From an uncultured Bacteroidaceae bacterium (GTDB lineage Bacteria > Bacillota > Clostridia > Christensenellales > CAG-917): a DNA stretch of 64,000 nt. The notes beneath the pieces were generated by a model that did no database searches, had not been told where the DNA came from, and saw nothing but the letters and a program-made list of their open reading frames with translations. Below are positions 17,179 to 26,539 of the stretch, piece after piece; the first letter of the stretch is position 1; each line of letters begins with the position of its first letter. The stretch is from NCBI GenBank assembly GCA_964550635.1, contig CAZJZV010000003.1, positions 105 through 64,104 of the forward strand. Direction: 5' to 3'. A program made the position numbers and the translations under genes.

Positions 17179-19749
17179 ATGTTTACTGTAAATAACGTAA
17201 CAAAAATTTATAAAAGCAAAAAACGCAACGATTGTCTTGCTCTTGACGGGATATCATTTCAACTACCTGAAAAAGGGCTTGTTTTTATAATCGGAAAAAG
17301 CGGGAGTGGAAAGTCAACGTTACTAAATTTACTTGGCGGGTTAGATTGCCCCACCTCAGGGGAAATACGTCTTTGCGGAGAATCCATAACACAATTCAGT
17401 GAAAAACAGAGGGTTGCCTATCGACGCTCCGAAATAGGTTTTATTTTTCAAGACTTTCATCTCTTGGACAACTTGACCGTGGAAGAAAATATTAGGCTAT
17501 CCCTAGAACTTGAACGCACTAACAACTTGAATTTAATAAATGACATTTTGGGGAAAGTTGATCTATATGGATACAATAATCGTTATCCCAAAGAGCTATC
17601 CGGAGGAGAAAAGCAGAGGGTTGCCATTGCTCGTGCTCTAGTCAAAAATCCCACTGTAATACTTGCGGACGAGCCAACGGGGAATCTTGACAGCAACACC
17701 ACAAAACAAGTCATGGATTTGATAAAAACCATCTCAAAAGAAAAGCTCGTCATAATAGTGTCGCATAATCTATATGATGCATACGACTATGCAGACAGAA
17801 TTATTGAGTTGGCGAGCGGCAAGATTTTGAACGATTTACAACGCAATCCCGACTACAAAGACGAGGTGCAAGTGGTAGAAGACAAACTAGTGTTGCCAAT
17901 GCATAAGAAGCTTGGCGACGCCGAGCTTGACACAATCCTCAACGAGTGCAAATCGGGCAACGTCACAAGTATAACACAAAATGCGGATAAATTCATCAAA
18001 TCGCAAAACGAGCAGATTATCAATGCAAAACTGAATGTTAAAGATACAAATCTGTCGCTAAGAAGCACTTTTAACTTCTCGTTTCTTTTTGCTAAAAAAC
18101 GGATATTTAGTTTTGTGTTTTCTGCTATTCTTGCAAGTTTGTTGATCGTTGTGCTTGCCATATCGCAATCCATTTCAAATTTTGATAGTGTAAAAGCCAT
18201 GAACGAAGAATTGTCAAAAAGTAGAGCGGTATATTGTATCAGAAAAGACCTCGACGCCTCCTTTGGAGAAACCGCACTCAAAGAAATTACGGATGAGGAG
18301 ATAACGCTTTTTGAAGATTGCGGCGCAGACGTTTATAAACTCTACAACGACTCGTTCCCATTTTATGAGGACTACACTCACGGTGTCGCTAAAAATGAAA
18401 TATCAACACTCGGGACAAAAAGCATATATACAAAAATAACCTTTGGCACCCTACAAACGACAGAAGAATATGCAAAAAAAATATTAAATTTAGATACCCT
18501 TGAAATTTTCACCGGCGTTGATGGCAACCAAATTGAATATAAACCCGACGGCATTTACGTAACCGATTATATTGCCGACTGCATGCTCTATTACGGATGC
18601 ATCCACTCTTATCAGGACGTATTGGGGGCAAAAACGCAAGGTGCTTGGCTCTATGCGTACGTCAATGGAATTATCAAAACAAATTATACCACTCGCTTTA
18701 AGGATATTCTGGATAATTTAAACCACATAGATTTCAACAATCCGACGGAGGAATTTCTCGAATTTTACGATTACATATCTCAAGTGCTTGCGGTTGGATA
18801 TACCTTTGAAAAAGACTATAAGTCCGCATTTGCAGAGGGAAATTCTGCAAAATCTTGGGCATGGGTTTTCAACCTTGATATAGATGGTTATGATGCGTCG
18901 GAAGACGTTAGACACGTATCCGTCGTGTCTTATTTCAACGAAACTCTAGGTGAAAAAGAAATCGCAATGGATTTTGAATTGTACAACAAAATCTTTGATA
19001 AACGTTACACCTTGACAGACGTCAATGAGGGGAAATTTGTTCCTCACACCGTTCAATATACAATGAGGAATGAATATGGCAAGCTTTTGTACAAAGACAA
19101 CCTCACAATCGCAAAACTTGGCAAATATAGTGGATCCCCGATAAGAGTTTCAGATAGCGTGTTTAAAAACACGAAATATGCCGTTCTGCATCCGTTTACA
19201 TTATACGTGGACACACCGGACTTGTCTTCGTGCATACAAGTTGCCGATGAAAACGACTTTACTTCAAATTCCGTCCGGTTACAATCTCTGAAAACAATGA
19301 CAAAAGCCGTTTCTGTTTTCAATGAATTTTTTGAGTTTATTGCGCTCATATTAATTATCTCGTGTGTATTTATTTTGATTAGTTTCGGCGTGAAAAACGT
19401 AAAAAGCAACATCTATGAAATAGGCGTTCTAAAGGCATTGGGAACAAAATCTGACAATCTTATGCTGACTTTCTTATTGCATACTGCATTTATTTCAATT
19501 ATGATAATAGCATTTGTTTTTGTCGGCTATTACTCCCTTTCATTTATTGCAAACGACATTTTGATAGACTCTATTAAACAACTTGCAAAAAACCAAATAA
19601 TCAATGAAATCAAGTTTATTTCATTCGATATAAACCTGTTTTTAATAGACTCGCTCATCGCCCTTGCAACGTCGATGCTTGCAACGATAATACCCATAGC
19701 AATGCTAAAAAAGATAGAGCCTATATCCATAATAAAAGCAAAAGAATAG
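17179..19749 (+). CDS. MacB-type fused ABC transporter (N-terminal ATPase plus FtsX-type permease with a very large extracytoplasmic domain)
   Basis: Walker A GKSGSGKST, signature LSGGEKQRVAIARAL, Walker B ILADEPT. TM1 is FSFVFSAILASLLIVVLAI, followed by about 400 aa of soluble region and a C-terminal 3-TM bundle. ATG 17179 is preferred over the TTG at 17155 used by the ORF track. Confidence 0.85.
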   Translation: MFTVNNVTKIYKSKKRNDCLALDGISFQLPEKGLVFIIGKSGSGKSTLLNLLGGLDCPTSGEIRLCGESITQFSEKQRVAYRRSEIGFIFQDFHLLDNLTVEENIRLSLELERTNNLNLINDILGKVDLYGYNNRYPKELSGGEKQRVAIARALVKNPTVILADEPTGNLDSNTTKQVMDLIKTISKEKLVIIVSHNLYDAYDYADRIIELASGKILNDLQRNPDYKDEVQVVEDKLVLPMHKKLGDAELDTILNECKSGNVTSITQNADKFIKSQNEQIINAKLNVKDTNLSLRSTFNFSFLFAKKRIFSFVFSAILASLLIVVLAISQSISNFDSVKAMNEELSKSRAVYCIRKDLDASFGETALKEITDEEITLFEDCGADVYKLYNDSFPFYEDYTHGVAKNEISTLGTKSIYTKITFGTLQTTEEYAKKILNLDTLEIFTGVDGNQIEYKPDGIYVTDYIADCMLYYGCIHSYQDVLGAKTQGAWLYAYVNGIIKTNYTTRFKDILDNLNHIDFNNPTEEFLEFYDYISQVLAVGYTFEKDYKSAFAEGNSAKSWAWVFNLDIDGYDASEDVRHVSVVSYFNETLGEKEIAMDFELYNKIFDKRYTLTDVNEGKFVPHTVQYTMRNEYGKLLYKDNLTIAKLGKYSGSPIRVSDSVFKNTKYAVLHPFTLYVDTPDLSSCIQVADENDFTSNSVRLQSLKTMTKAVSVFNEFFEFIALILIISCVFILISFGVKNVKSNIYEIGVLKALGTKSDNLMLTFLLHTAFISIMIIAFVFVGYYSLSFIANDILIDSIKQLAKNQIINEIKFISFDINLFLIDSLIALATSMLATIIPIAMLKKIEPISIIKAKE

Positions 19750-19932
19750 TCGCCTTCCATGCACTTAAAGCATATATAATCTTTAATGTAGCGGATGCGA
19801 TGCTAACTGCAAAGAAGAGAAGGAACGAAAAATTACACGAAGATGCGTGGCTTTTGTGAAGTGCGGAGAATTTTTGAGTGGGGTAGGTTGGGGGTTGATT
19901 TCCGCGGGGGTTTGGTTTATAATAGGTTTACT

Positions 19933-20358
19933 ATGACAACTGCATTTTCTTATCCGTGTCAAAAGGTCGTGAAAAAGTATTCGAGCGACCCAGATATTGC
20001 TCCTATCGTTAAGGACATCGAAAACGCCCAACAAGGCGTGGTTTCCTTTTCAAAGGAAGTCAAGAAGTATATGTTGGGATTCATCCACGAGAAGTACGAC
20101 AACAACGAAGAAGTGAATTGGCTCATCAACATTCTCAAAAACAGCAATCGTTACGAGTCTTTCAACTATCTCGAGATATTCAAATTGCAAGACGAGTCGT
20201 ATTTTTGGTATGACTTTTTGAACTGCTACGCAGTGTGGAAAATCATCGGCAAGACCTATGGTTACTCCACCGAAGACGAAGCGATAGAAGTGTTGATACG
20301 TCTTTGCAAAAACGACGTCGAAGTCTTCAAAGAATACTCCGAACTTCTCGCAAAATAA
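19933..20358 (+). CDS. Hypothetical cytoplasmic protein (141 aa)
   Basis: Open frame with a terminator downstream and no recognisable motif. The start was chosen at ATG 19933 because a TTGATT-17-TATAAT promoter (19895-19923) sits inside the longer ORF-track model. Confidence 0.5.
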   Translation: MTTAFSYPCQKVVKKYSSDPDIAPIVKDIENAQQGVVSFSKEVKKYMLGFIHEKYDNNEEVNWLINILKNSNRYESFNYLEIFKLQDESYFWYDFLNCYAVWKIIGKTYGYSTEDEAIEVLIRLCKNDVEVFKEYSELLAK

Positions 20359-20467
20359 CCGTTTAGATACCCTAAAATCAACGCGGTTGGATTGCGGCTT
20401 TCGGGTTTTGAGATCCAAATTCGGCGCAGTCAAGACTTGTCAAAAGCAACAAACTACACAAAAGTAA

Positions 20468-20493
20468 GCACACCGTCTACGGTGTGTTTTTTT
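20468..20493 (+). terminator. Intrinsic terminator
   Basis: GCACACCG-tcta-CGGTGTGT followed by TTTTTT. Confidence 0.85.
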
Positions 20494-20523
20494 GTGGGAA
20501 AGGGGGAAGGTGCAATTTTAGTG

Positions 20524-20552
20524 TTGATTTAATGGGGGTTTTGTTTTATAAT
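20524..20552 (+). promoter_or_regulatory. Sigma-A type promoter of gltX
   Basis: TTGATT (20524-20529), a 17-nt spacer, then TATAAT (20547-20552). The ~65-nt leader contains a GC-rich hairpin at 20568-20596. Confidence 0.65.
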
Positions 20553-20622
20553 GACTATATTATAGTCGAAAGCGGTGCGCGCTTGCGCGCGGCTTTCCAA
20601 AAATCGCAAAGAAGGATTTAGA

Positions 20623-22068
20623 ATGACAGTCAGAACAAGATTTGCCCCGTCTCCTACGGGTTTCATGCACATAGGCAATTTGCGTACGGGTTTATATGCG
20701 TATCTTTACGCAAGAAAGCACGACGGCACTTTTATTCTTCGTATCGAAGACACCGACCAAGAGCGTAAAGTAGAAGGCGCGGTTGAGGCTATTTATCGTA
20801 TTCTCAAGACCGCGGGGCTCGACTACGACGAAGGTCCCGATAAGGACGGCGGTTACGGTCCCTACGTGCAGACCGAAAGAATGGGTATGTACAAGCAATA
20901 CGCGGAGCAACTCGTTGAACTCGGCGGCGCGTACTACTGCTTCTGCGACAAGGAGCGACTCGAATCACTCAAAGACGAAAACGGTCAACATACCTATGAT
21001 AAGCATTGTAGGAATATTCCGCTCGAAGAGGCAAAGGCGAGAGTGGCGGCGGGAGAGCCTTACGTCATCCGTCAAAAAGTCCCCGAAAACGTAGTTTCAT
21101 CTTACACTGACCTCGTGTACGGTGAGATTTCCGTTTCGACCGACGACATAGAAGACGGCGTGTTGTTGAAGTCCGATGGACTGCCCACTTACAACTTCGC
21201 AAACGTAGTGGACGACCACCTTATGGGCATAACGCACGTTATGAGAGGTACGGAATATCTTTCATCCACTCCCAAATACAACCTTATGTACGATGCATTC
21301 GGTTGGCCTCGTCCGACCTACATTCACCTACCGCCTATCATGAAGGACGCGCAGAGAAAACTCTCCAAACGCTACGGCGACGCAAACTTCGAGGACTTCC
21401 TTGCAAAGGGCTATCTTCCCGACGCAATCGTCAACTATATCGCACTTCTCGGATGGTGCCCCAAAAACAACCGCGAAAAGATGACTCTTCAAGAGATGAT
21501 CGAGGAATTTGACGTGGACGGTATCAGCAAGAGCCCCGCGATTTTCGACGAACAGAAGATGAGATGGCTTAACGGCGAGTATCTCAAAGCGATGACGGAC
21601 GAAGAGTTTTTCGACGTTGCGAAACCCTACATTCTCAAGAGCAAAGCGGGCGGAATTTTCAATGATTTTGAAATCGCGCGCCTTATGAAAACGAGAGTGG
21701 ATATTCTCGGCGATATTCCCGAAAAGATTGATTTTCTCGTTGATTTCGGCGAATACGACGTAAATATGTACCTGCATCAAAAAATGAAGGTCGATTTCGA
21801 CGTCGCGAAAAAGTCGCTTGCCGTCGCATACGACGCACTCAAAAATCTCGACGATTGGTCCGAAGACGCTCTCCGCGAAGCGATGAAATCTTCCGCAGAA
21901 GCAAATTCGCTCAAAGGCGGTCAAGTTATGTTTAGCGTCCGCGTCGCTCTGACCGGTCAACCCTCAACCCCCGGCGGTGCTATCGAAATGGCGGTCGTGC
22001 TCGGCAAGGAAGAAAGCCTGAAACGACTTGCGTTTAGCATCGAATATCTTGAAAAATCCGTCGGTTAA
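20623..22068 (+). CDS. gltX: Glutamate--tRNA ligase
   Basis: MTVRTRFAPSPTGFMHIGNLRT carries the class I HIGH motif (HIGN), and KLSKR is the KMSKS motif. RBS GAAGGA lies upstream of ATG 20623. Confidence 0.95.
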   Translation: MTVRTRFAPSPTGFMHIGNLRTGLYAYLYARKHDGTFILRIEDTDQERKVEGAVEAIYRILKTAGLDYDEGPDKDGGYGPYVQTERMGMYKQYAEQLVELGGAYYCFCDKERLESLKDENGQHTYDKHCRNIPLEEAKARVAAGEPYVIRQKVPENVVSSYTDLVYGEISVSTDDIEDGVLLKSDGLPTYNFANVVDDHLMGITHVMRGTEYLSSTPKYNLMYDAFGWPRPTYIHLPPIMKDAQRKLSKRYGDANFEDFLAKGYLPDAIVNYIALLGWCPKNNREKMTLQEMIEEFDVDGISKSPAIFDEQKMRWLNGEYLKAMTDEEFFDVAKPYILKSKAGGIFNDFEIARLMKTRVDILGDIPEKIDFLVDFGEYDVNMYLHQKMKVDFDVAKKSLAVAYDALKNLDDWSEDALREAMKSSAEANSLKGGQVMFSVRVALTGQPSTPGGAIEMAVVLGKEESLKRLAFSIEYLEKSVG

Positions 22069-22086
22069 GACGAACAAAAGGCGTAT

Positions 22087-23955
22087 ATGAAAAGCAAAAT
22101 CGTAGCACTTATACTTGCCGTATTGACGGTGTTCGCGCTCTTCGCGGGGATTTCGTTTTCGGACGAAGTCGCCTATGCCGAAGTCTACGGCGGAAAGGAT
22201 ACCGCAGACGAAAGTACGTTCTGGTATTACGGCGAAAACCATTTGAACGTTTCCGCAATGAAAGCGGAAATCGCAACGTGGGATTTGTCGAAAGCGGAAA
22301 ACCCCGTCGTCATCGCAGTTGTGGATACGGGTGTGAATGCGACTCATTCCGTATTTTCCACGGCGGACGTTTTATATAAAAAGAACGGCGCAGTCGTCGG
22401 ATACAATGCGTATAACGCGGTCGCGAACGACAAGCCGACCGACGCTCAACTTTCCGCAATCGATGACGATTCGTCGGACGGACACGGCACTACAATCGCA
22501 AGTTCGATGGCAATTCTCATCAAGGAATTGGGACTCGAAGACTATATCAAAATCTATCCCATCAAGGCATCCAACACCACGAAAGGACAAAGCACGTTCA
22601 AACTCGAAGCCGTCAACAACGCAATAGACTACGTTCTCAAAGACGAAACGATAGGTTTCGACGTCGTCAACCTTGCAATGTGCTCCTATGAAAAGGAAGA
22701 TTGGATAAAATATCAAAGCAAATATATAGAACTCTCGTCTAAATGCGTGGTCGTGGCGGCGGCGGGCAACGGCGACAATAAAAACGGTTATTCCACCGCG
22801 GAAAAACTCGGTTATCCCGCGTCTTATAACGGCGTGTTATCCGTCATGGCGTACGGTACGAACGGCGAAAAACGCGCGTCGAGCAACTACGGCGCATACG
22901 ACGTCATCGCACCCGGTGAGAATGTCTACACGGCGACGGGGACGGACAAGACCTATCGCGCGTCGTCGGGTACTAGCGCGGCAAGTGCATTCGTGTCCGT
23001 GGTGTCCGCAATCGTCCGCTTGCGCTCGGATATCGAAGGCAACGACGTCAATGCAAACGTCATCGCAAGTCATATCCGCAAGTCCTATTCCACGACGATT
23101 GATTTCGGCGATTTCAAGTTGAAGAAGTTCAACGCAGCGAAATGCGTGAGCGATCCGTTCTCTGACATGTACGTCGAACCCAACGGAATTTCCATATCTG
23201 ACGACGGCGCGTTGAGCGGAGATTTCACCGATCTATACAAAAACCGCAACACGCTAATATCCCTGTCCGCAACGCTTTTGCCGTATGGGGACACCAATCC
23301 CGCGCTTGATAGCACGATCGTTTGGACGCTCACCGAAGTGTTTACGAGAGTGGTTGAAGGCACCGAAGACGACGAAGAACCCGAAACCGAAGATTACGAA
23401 GGCGTTCCCGTCATCATAGGGGAAGGGAAAACGCTCTCATATAAGCCCGAAAAGGCAGGGAAGTATATCGTCAAGGCGACCGTCACCATAGGTGACGAAA
23501 CCTTCTCGGATAGCAAATCGTTCGCCCTTCACTACACGTCCTACGACTCTATAGCAGGGGACGTAGAAATCGTCTACGTGGACGACGTTACGAGCGAAAA
23601 CCCCGCAAAAAACGACGTCATATATGCGGACGAAACCAAGACTTTCACGATGACTTATCTCGACTGCGTGGACTCCACCGTCGAAGTCAAGTGGTACATC
23701 AACGGCGAGTACGTCGCATCGGGCAACACCTTTGAATTTGCGCCGTCGAAAGCGGGGAATTACACCATAACCGCACAGTACGGCGATTATAGGAAGGTGG
23801 AAAATTCCTTCTCGATCGAAGTGAAATCGACGATACTCCGCCCCGTATATCTTGCTTGCACGATAGTCGGATGCGCAGTTGTCGTTGCAATCGTCGTAAC
23901 GGCGGCGGTATTGTCAAGCAAGAAATCCGCAAAGCGCAAATCCGAAAACGACTGA
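22087..23955 (+). CDS. Subtilisin-like (S8) serine protease, membrane-anchored at the C-terminus
   Basis: Signal peptide ending VAYA. Catalytic triad motifs VVDTGV (Asp), DGHGT (His) and SGTSAAS (Ser). Ig-like C-terminal modules, then a TM helix and a basic tail (KKSAKRKSEND). Confidence 0.9.
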   Translation: MKSKIVALILAVLTVFALFAGISFSDEVAYAEVYGGKDTADESTFWYYGENHLNVSAMKAEIATWDLSKAENPVVIAVVDTGVNATHSVFSTADVLYKKNGAVVGYNAYNAVANDKPTDAQLSAIDDDSSDGHGTTIASSMAILIKELGLEDYIKIYPIKASNTTKGQSTFKLEAVNNAIDYVLKDETIGFDVVNLAMCSYEKEDWIKYQSKYIELSSKCVVVAAAGNGDNKNGYSTAEKLGYPASYNGVLSVMAYGTNGEKRASSNYGAYDVIAPGENVYTATGTDKTYRASSGTSAASAFVSVVSAIVRLRSDIEGNDVNANVIASHIRKSYSTTIDFGDFKLKKFNAAKCVSDPFSDMYVEPNGISISDDGALSGDFTDLYKNRNTLISLSATLLPYGDTNPALDSTIVWTLTEVFTRVVEGTEDDEEPETEDYEGVPVIIGEGKTLSYKPEKAGKYIVKATVTIGDETFSDSKSFALHYTSYDSIAGDVEIVYVDDVTSENPAKNDVIYADETKTFTMTYLDCVDSTVEVKWYINGEYVASGNTFEFAPSKAGNYTITAQYGDYRKVENSFSIEVKSTILRPVYLACTIVGCAVVVAIVVTAAVLSSKKSAKRKSEND

Positions 23956-23971
23956 CAACCCCATTCCAAAA

Positions 23972-24007
23972 CAAAAAAATCCCGTTGTATTCGCAACGGG
24001 ATTTTTC
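23972..24007 (+). terminator. Intrinsic terminator of the protease gene
   Basis: ATCCCGTTG (23979-23987) pairs with CAACGGGAT (23994-24002), followed by TTTTT. Confidence 0.85.
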
Positions 24008-24055
24008 ATAAGCACACGCGAAAAAAAGAGCGATTTGATGATTAGAAAAAATCTA

Positions 24056-24138
24056 TTTGCGGAACAATGTCAAGGTGTTTGCGGAACAATACAAGGCGGA
24101 TTTCGGGCAAAAAGTGCCGTTTGCGGAACAATACAACG
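24056..24138. repeat. Three phased direct repeats TTTGCGGAACAAT(G/A)(T/C)CAA(G/C)G
   Basis: Core TTTGCGGAACAAT occurs at 24056-24068, 24078-24090 and 24120-24132. The offsets are 22 and 42 nt, about 2 and 4 helical turns. The repeats lie between two terminators. Confidence 0.85.
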
Positions 24139-24175
24139 AAATATTCAACGAAAAAGGAAAAAGATAAAACGTGCG

Positions 24176-24204
24176 AAAAGGCGCGGTTTCGACCGCGCCT
24201 TTTT
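24176..24204. terminator. Bidirectional intrinsic terminator (serves the minus-strand MgtC-like gene)
   Basis: AAAAGGCGCGGT-ttcg-ACCGCGCCTTTT: a perfect GC-rich stem flanked by A- and T-runs. Confidence 0.85.
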
Positions 24205-24285
24205 GTGGGGTAAGTTGTGTTTTGATATGCAAGTAGTTTTGTATTCTCGCGGGTGGTTTGTTCTCCGTGAAAAAACAATCTTTTG

Positions 24286-24993
24286 TTATTTTTCTTCTAT
24301 GAAGTGGATATAGTCGATACTTCTCAACGCTTCTATGATTTGTTCGTGAGTCTTGTATTTTTTCAAGTCCTCGTTTTGTATGGACAGTTTCAGTGCGTAC
24401 ACGCTCAACCCGGAGTTCAAGAATGCGGAATTGAGTTCGACGTCGTCGATATGGATGCCGAGTTCGCGCAGGGTGTAGGTGAAGGACTGCAAGTCGTTGC
24501 GGTTTTTCAATTCAAGGTGCAATTCGAAGTGCGTCGAGCGTTGTTTGAGATAGGTTTCAAGCGCGGGGAAGAATTGAAGTATTATTATTCCCGCGACTGC
24601 AAGCGCGATTGCAACCGTATACAATCCCGCCCCGAAAGTCAGTCCGAATATGGTGCATAGCCAAAGCCAAGCGGACGTGGTCAATCCTTTGATTTGGTTT
24701 TTCGCGCCGAAACGGATTGAGTTACCGCTGAGCAGTGCGCTCCCGATTATCGCGCCAAGAGAGCAGAATGGGACGGACGAACCGAAAGCGCAATCCATAA
24801 TCATACACGCGGTCGATGCAAGGGATAGAAGTATAAAGGTTTTCATACCTGCGGTGTGTCCTTTCGTGGTGCGGTCGCAACCGACGTAGAAAGAGAAAAC
24901 GAACGGCACGACTATTCTCAAAATGATAGAGTAGACGGACACAGTCCAAGCCCATTCGCCCATGAGTTTTGCAAGCGGATCGATATAGTTCAT
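24286..24993 (-). CDS. MgtC/SapB family membrane protein
   Basis: 235 aa. The N-terminal ~135 aa hold 4-5 TM helices (GMKTFILLSLASTACMIM...). The soluble ACT-like C-terminal domain matches the typical family layout. Confidence 0.7.
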   Translation of the reverse strand: MNYIDPLAKLMGEWAWTVSVYSIILRIVVPFVFSFYVGCDRTTKGHTAGMKTFILLSLASTACMIMDCAFGSSVPFCSLGAIIGSALLSGNSIRFGAKNQIKGLTTSAWLWLCTIFGLTFGAGLYTVAIALAVAGIIILQFFPALETYLKQRSTHFELHLELKNRNDLQSFTYTLRELGIHIDDVELNSAFLNSGLSVYALKLSIQNEDLKKYKTHEQIIEALRSIDYIHFIEEK

Positions 24994-25007
24994 GATAGCC
25001 TCCTTAA

Positions 25008-26417
25008 TTACCTTTTTGTTCTTTGCCTGAAGTTGAGCAAGTAAAATTCATCCGCCCCCTCGTCGAAAGCGCGCTCGTCGTCTGCGTGCAGGGGAGCGGG
25101 ATAATTTGCACGAATAGCGTTGATTTTTTCGATGAGAATTTCGATGTCGTTTTTGGTTTCGGCGGAATTGATTTCTTCGGTCGGAATGACCGTATCAATA
25201 TTTGTTGAGTACGATTTGGATAGATAAAGTGCCAATTTTGCGCACGCAGGACCAATTAGTTCATATAGCACGCTCGATGCGAGAATGATAGTTTCCATAG
25301 CACTCCCGGTGTCTCCGCCAATCGTTCGCGACGCAAGAGAGGCAAGACCTATCGCCACACCCGCCTGCGGAATTAGGGCAAGTCCGAGATAGTTTCGCAC
25401 CCTGCTTTCCTTTTTCACGGCAAGGCAACCAAGGAATGAGCCTGCGTATTTTCCCGCGATTCTTACGAAGAAATAGACAACCCCGACGACGAGTAGCGAA
25501 GTCCCGCCGATAGCGCCGTTTGCGCCGAAGAGCGCGCCCAAATCGAAGTTCACCCCCGACCGCACGAAGAAGAGTAGGAGTATGGGCGGAGAGAAGTAGT
25601 TGAGTTGTTTGAAGAGTCTGTCGTCCTTTGCGACGTTGCGATACACCGTGCCCATAACCATGCATCCGAGAAGGGGGGATACGTCCATAAAGGCGCAGAT
25701 TCCGCAAAATGAGAAGATGACCGCTATTGCAACGATAAGCCTGTTGTCCGACGAGCGTTTGGGGGACACGAGAAACTTGAGCAAAAATCCGAGCAGTCCG
25801 CCCACGACGAGAGAGATAAGGTTGTAGAGTATGGGCAGGAGTATGCTTTTTGCGGTTACCGTCCCCGAAAGGGAAGCGGTCGCCACCGCAATCGCCACCG
25901 AAAAGGCAACCAGTCCGACGACGTCGTCGAGTGCGACGACTTGCAAAAGGGTGTTGACGAAATCACCTTTCGAGTTTGTTTGTCTAATGGTCATCATAGT
26001 GGATGCGGGAGCGGTCGCCGCCGCGAGCGCGCCGAGCACGATAGAAAACGCAAGACTGAGTTTCAATATGAAATAGGTGGTCAGGAAGACGAGTATGGAC
26101 GCAAGAAGCGCTTCAAACACCGTGATGACTACGTTTTTTGCGCCGTCGTGCTTGAGAGTGTCGATTGTGAAAAATTCTCCCGTCCCGAATGCGATAAACG
26201 CAAGCGCAATATCCGCAAGAAATCCCATATCGTCCACTATCGACTTCGGCACGACGTCGATGCAGTAAGGTCCGATGATTATCCCCGCGACGATATATCC
26301 CGTCACCGCGGGCAACTTGCACTTTTTCGCAATGCGCGCCATGACGTATCCCGCGAGCAACATAACCGCTATGGATATGATAACCTGTGCCGTTTTCGGA
26401 AATCCGTTCAGTAACAT
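25008..26417 (-). CDS. Cation:proton antiporter (Na+/H+ exchanger family)
   Basis: 469 aa with about 12 TM helices. N-terminal motif LPAVTGYIVAGIIIGP. Short soluble C-terminal tail. Confidence 0.8.
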   Translation of the reverse strand: MLLNGFPKTAQVIISIAVMLLAGYVMARIAKKCKLPAVTGYIVAGIIIGPYCIDVVPKSIVDDMGFLADIALAFIAFGTGEFFTIDTLKHDGAKNVVITVFEALLASILVFLTTYFILKLSLAFSIVLGALAAATAPASTMMTIRQTNSKGDFVNTLLQVVALDDVVGLVAFSVAIAVATASLSGTVTAKSILLPILYNLISLVVGGLLGFLLKFLVSPKRSSDNRLIVAIAVIFSFCGICAFMDVSPLLGCMVMGTVYRNVAKDDRLFKQLNYFSPPILLLFFVRSGVNFDLGALFGANGAIGGTSLLVVGVVYFFVRIAGKYAGSFLGCLAVKKESRVRNYLGLALIPQAGVAIGLASLASRTIGGDTGSAMETIILASSVLYELIGPACAKLALYLSKSYSTNIDTVIPTEEINSAETKNDIEILIEKINAIRANYPAPLHADDERAFDEGADEFYLLNFRQRTKR

Positions 26418-26463
26418 TCTTTTCTCCTAAAATTCGATTTAGTCTTGATTGATTTGCTACGAT

Positions 26464-26484
26464 ATGTTATGCTTAATGCAACAT
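26464..26484. promoter_or_regulatory. LysR-type box ATGTT-N11-AACAT (T-N11-A)
   Basis: Perfect 5-bp dyad with an 11-nt spacer, in the 122-nt divergent region between the antiporter and the LysR gene. Confidence 0.55.
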
Positions 26485-26539
26485 AAAGTCAAATTATGAT
26501 AATTTATTAGAACATAACGCAAGATTATATGAGGATACT

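Noticed and set aside
20495-20622. Possible T-box or other riboswitch leader upstream of gltX
   Set aside because: The leader is only about 65 nt after the predicted promoter. It contains one GC-rich hairpin (20568-20596) without a U-run. It lacks the conserved T-box sequence, and there is no specifier or antiterminator architecture.
24035-24313. 92-aa ORF encoding repeated VCGTIQ peptides and a basic tail
   Set aside because: The peptide repeat simply reflects the DNA direct repeats. The frame runs straight through a strong terminator hairpin (24176-24204) and into the convergent MgtC-like gene, and the RBS is weak. I treat it as non-coding (see the finding on the repeats).
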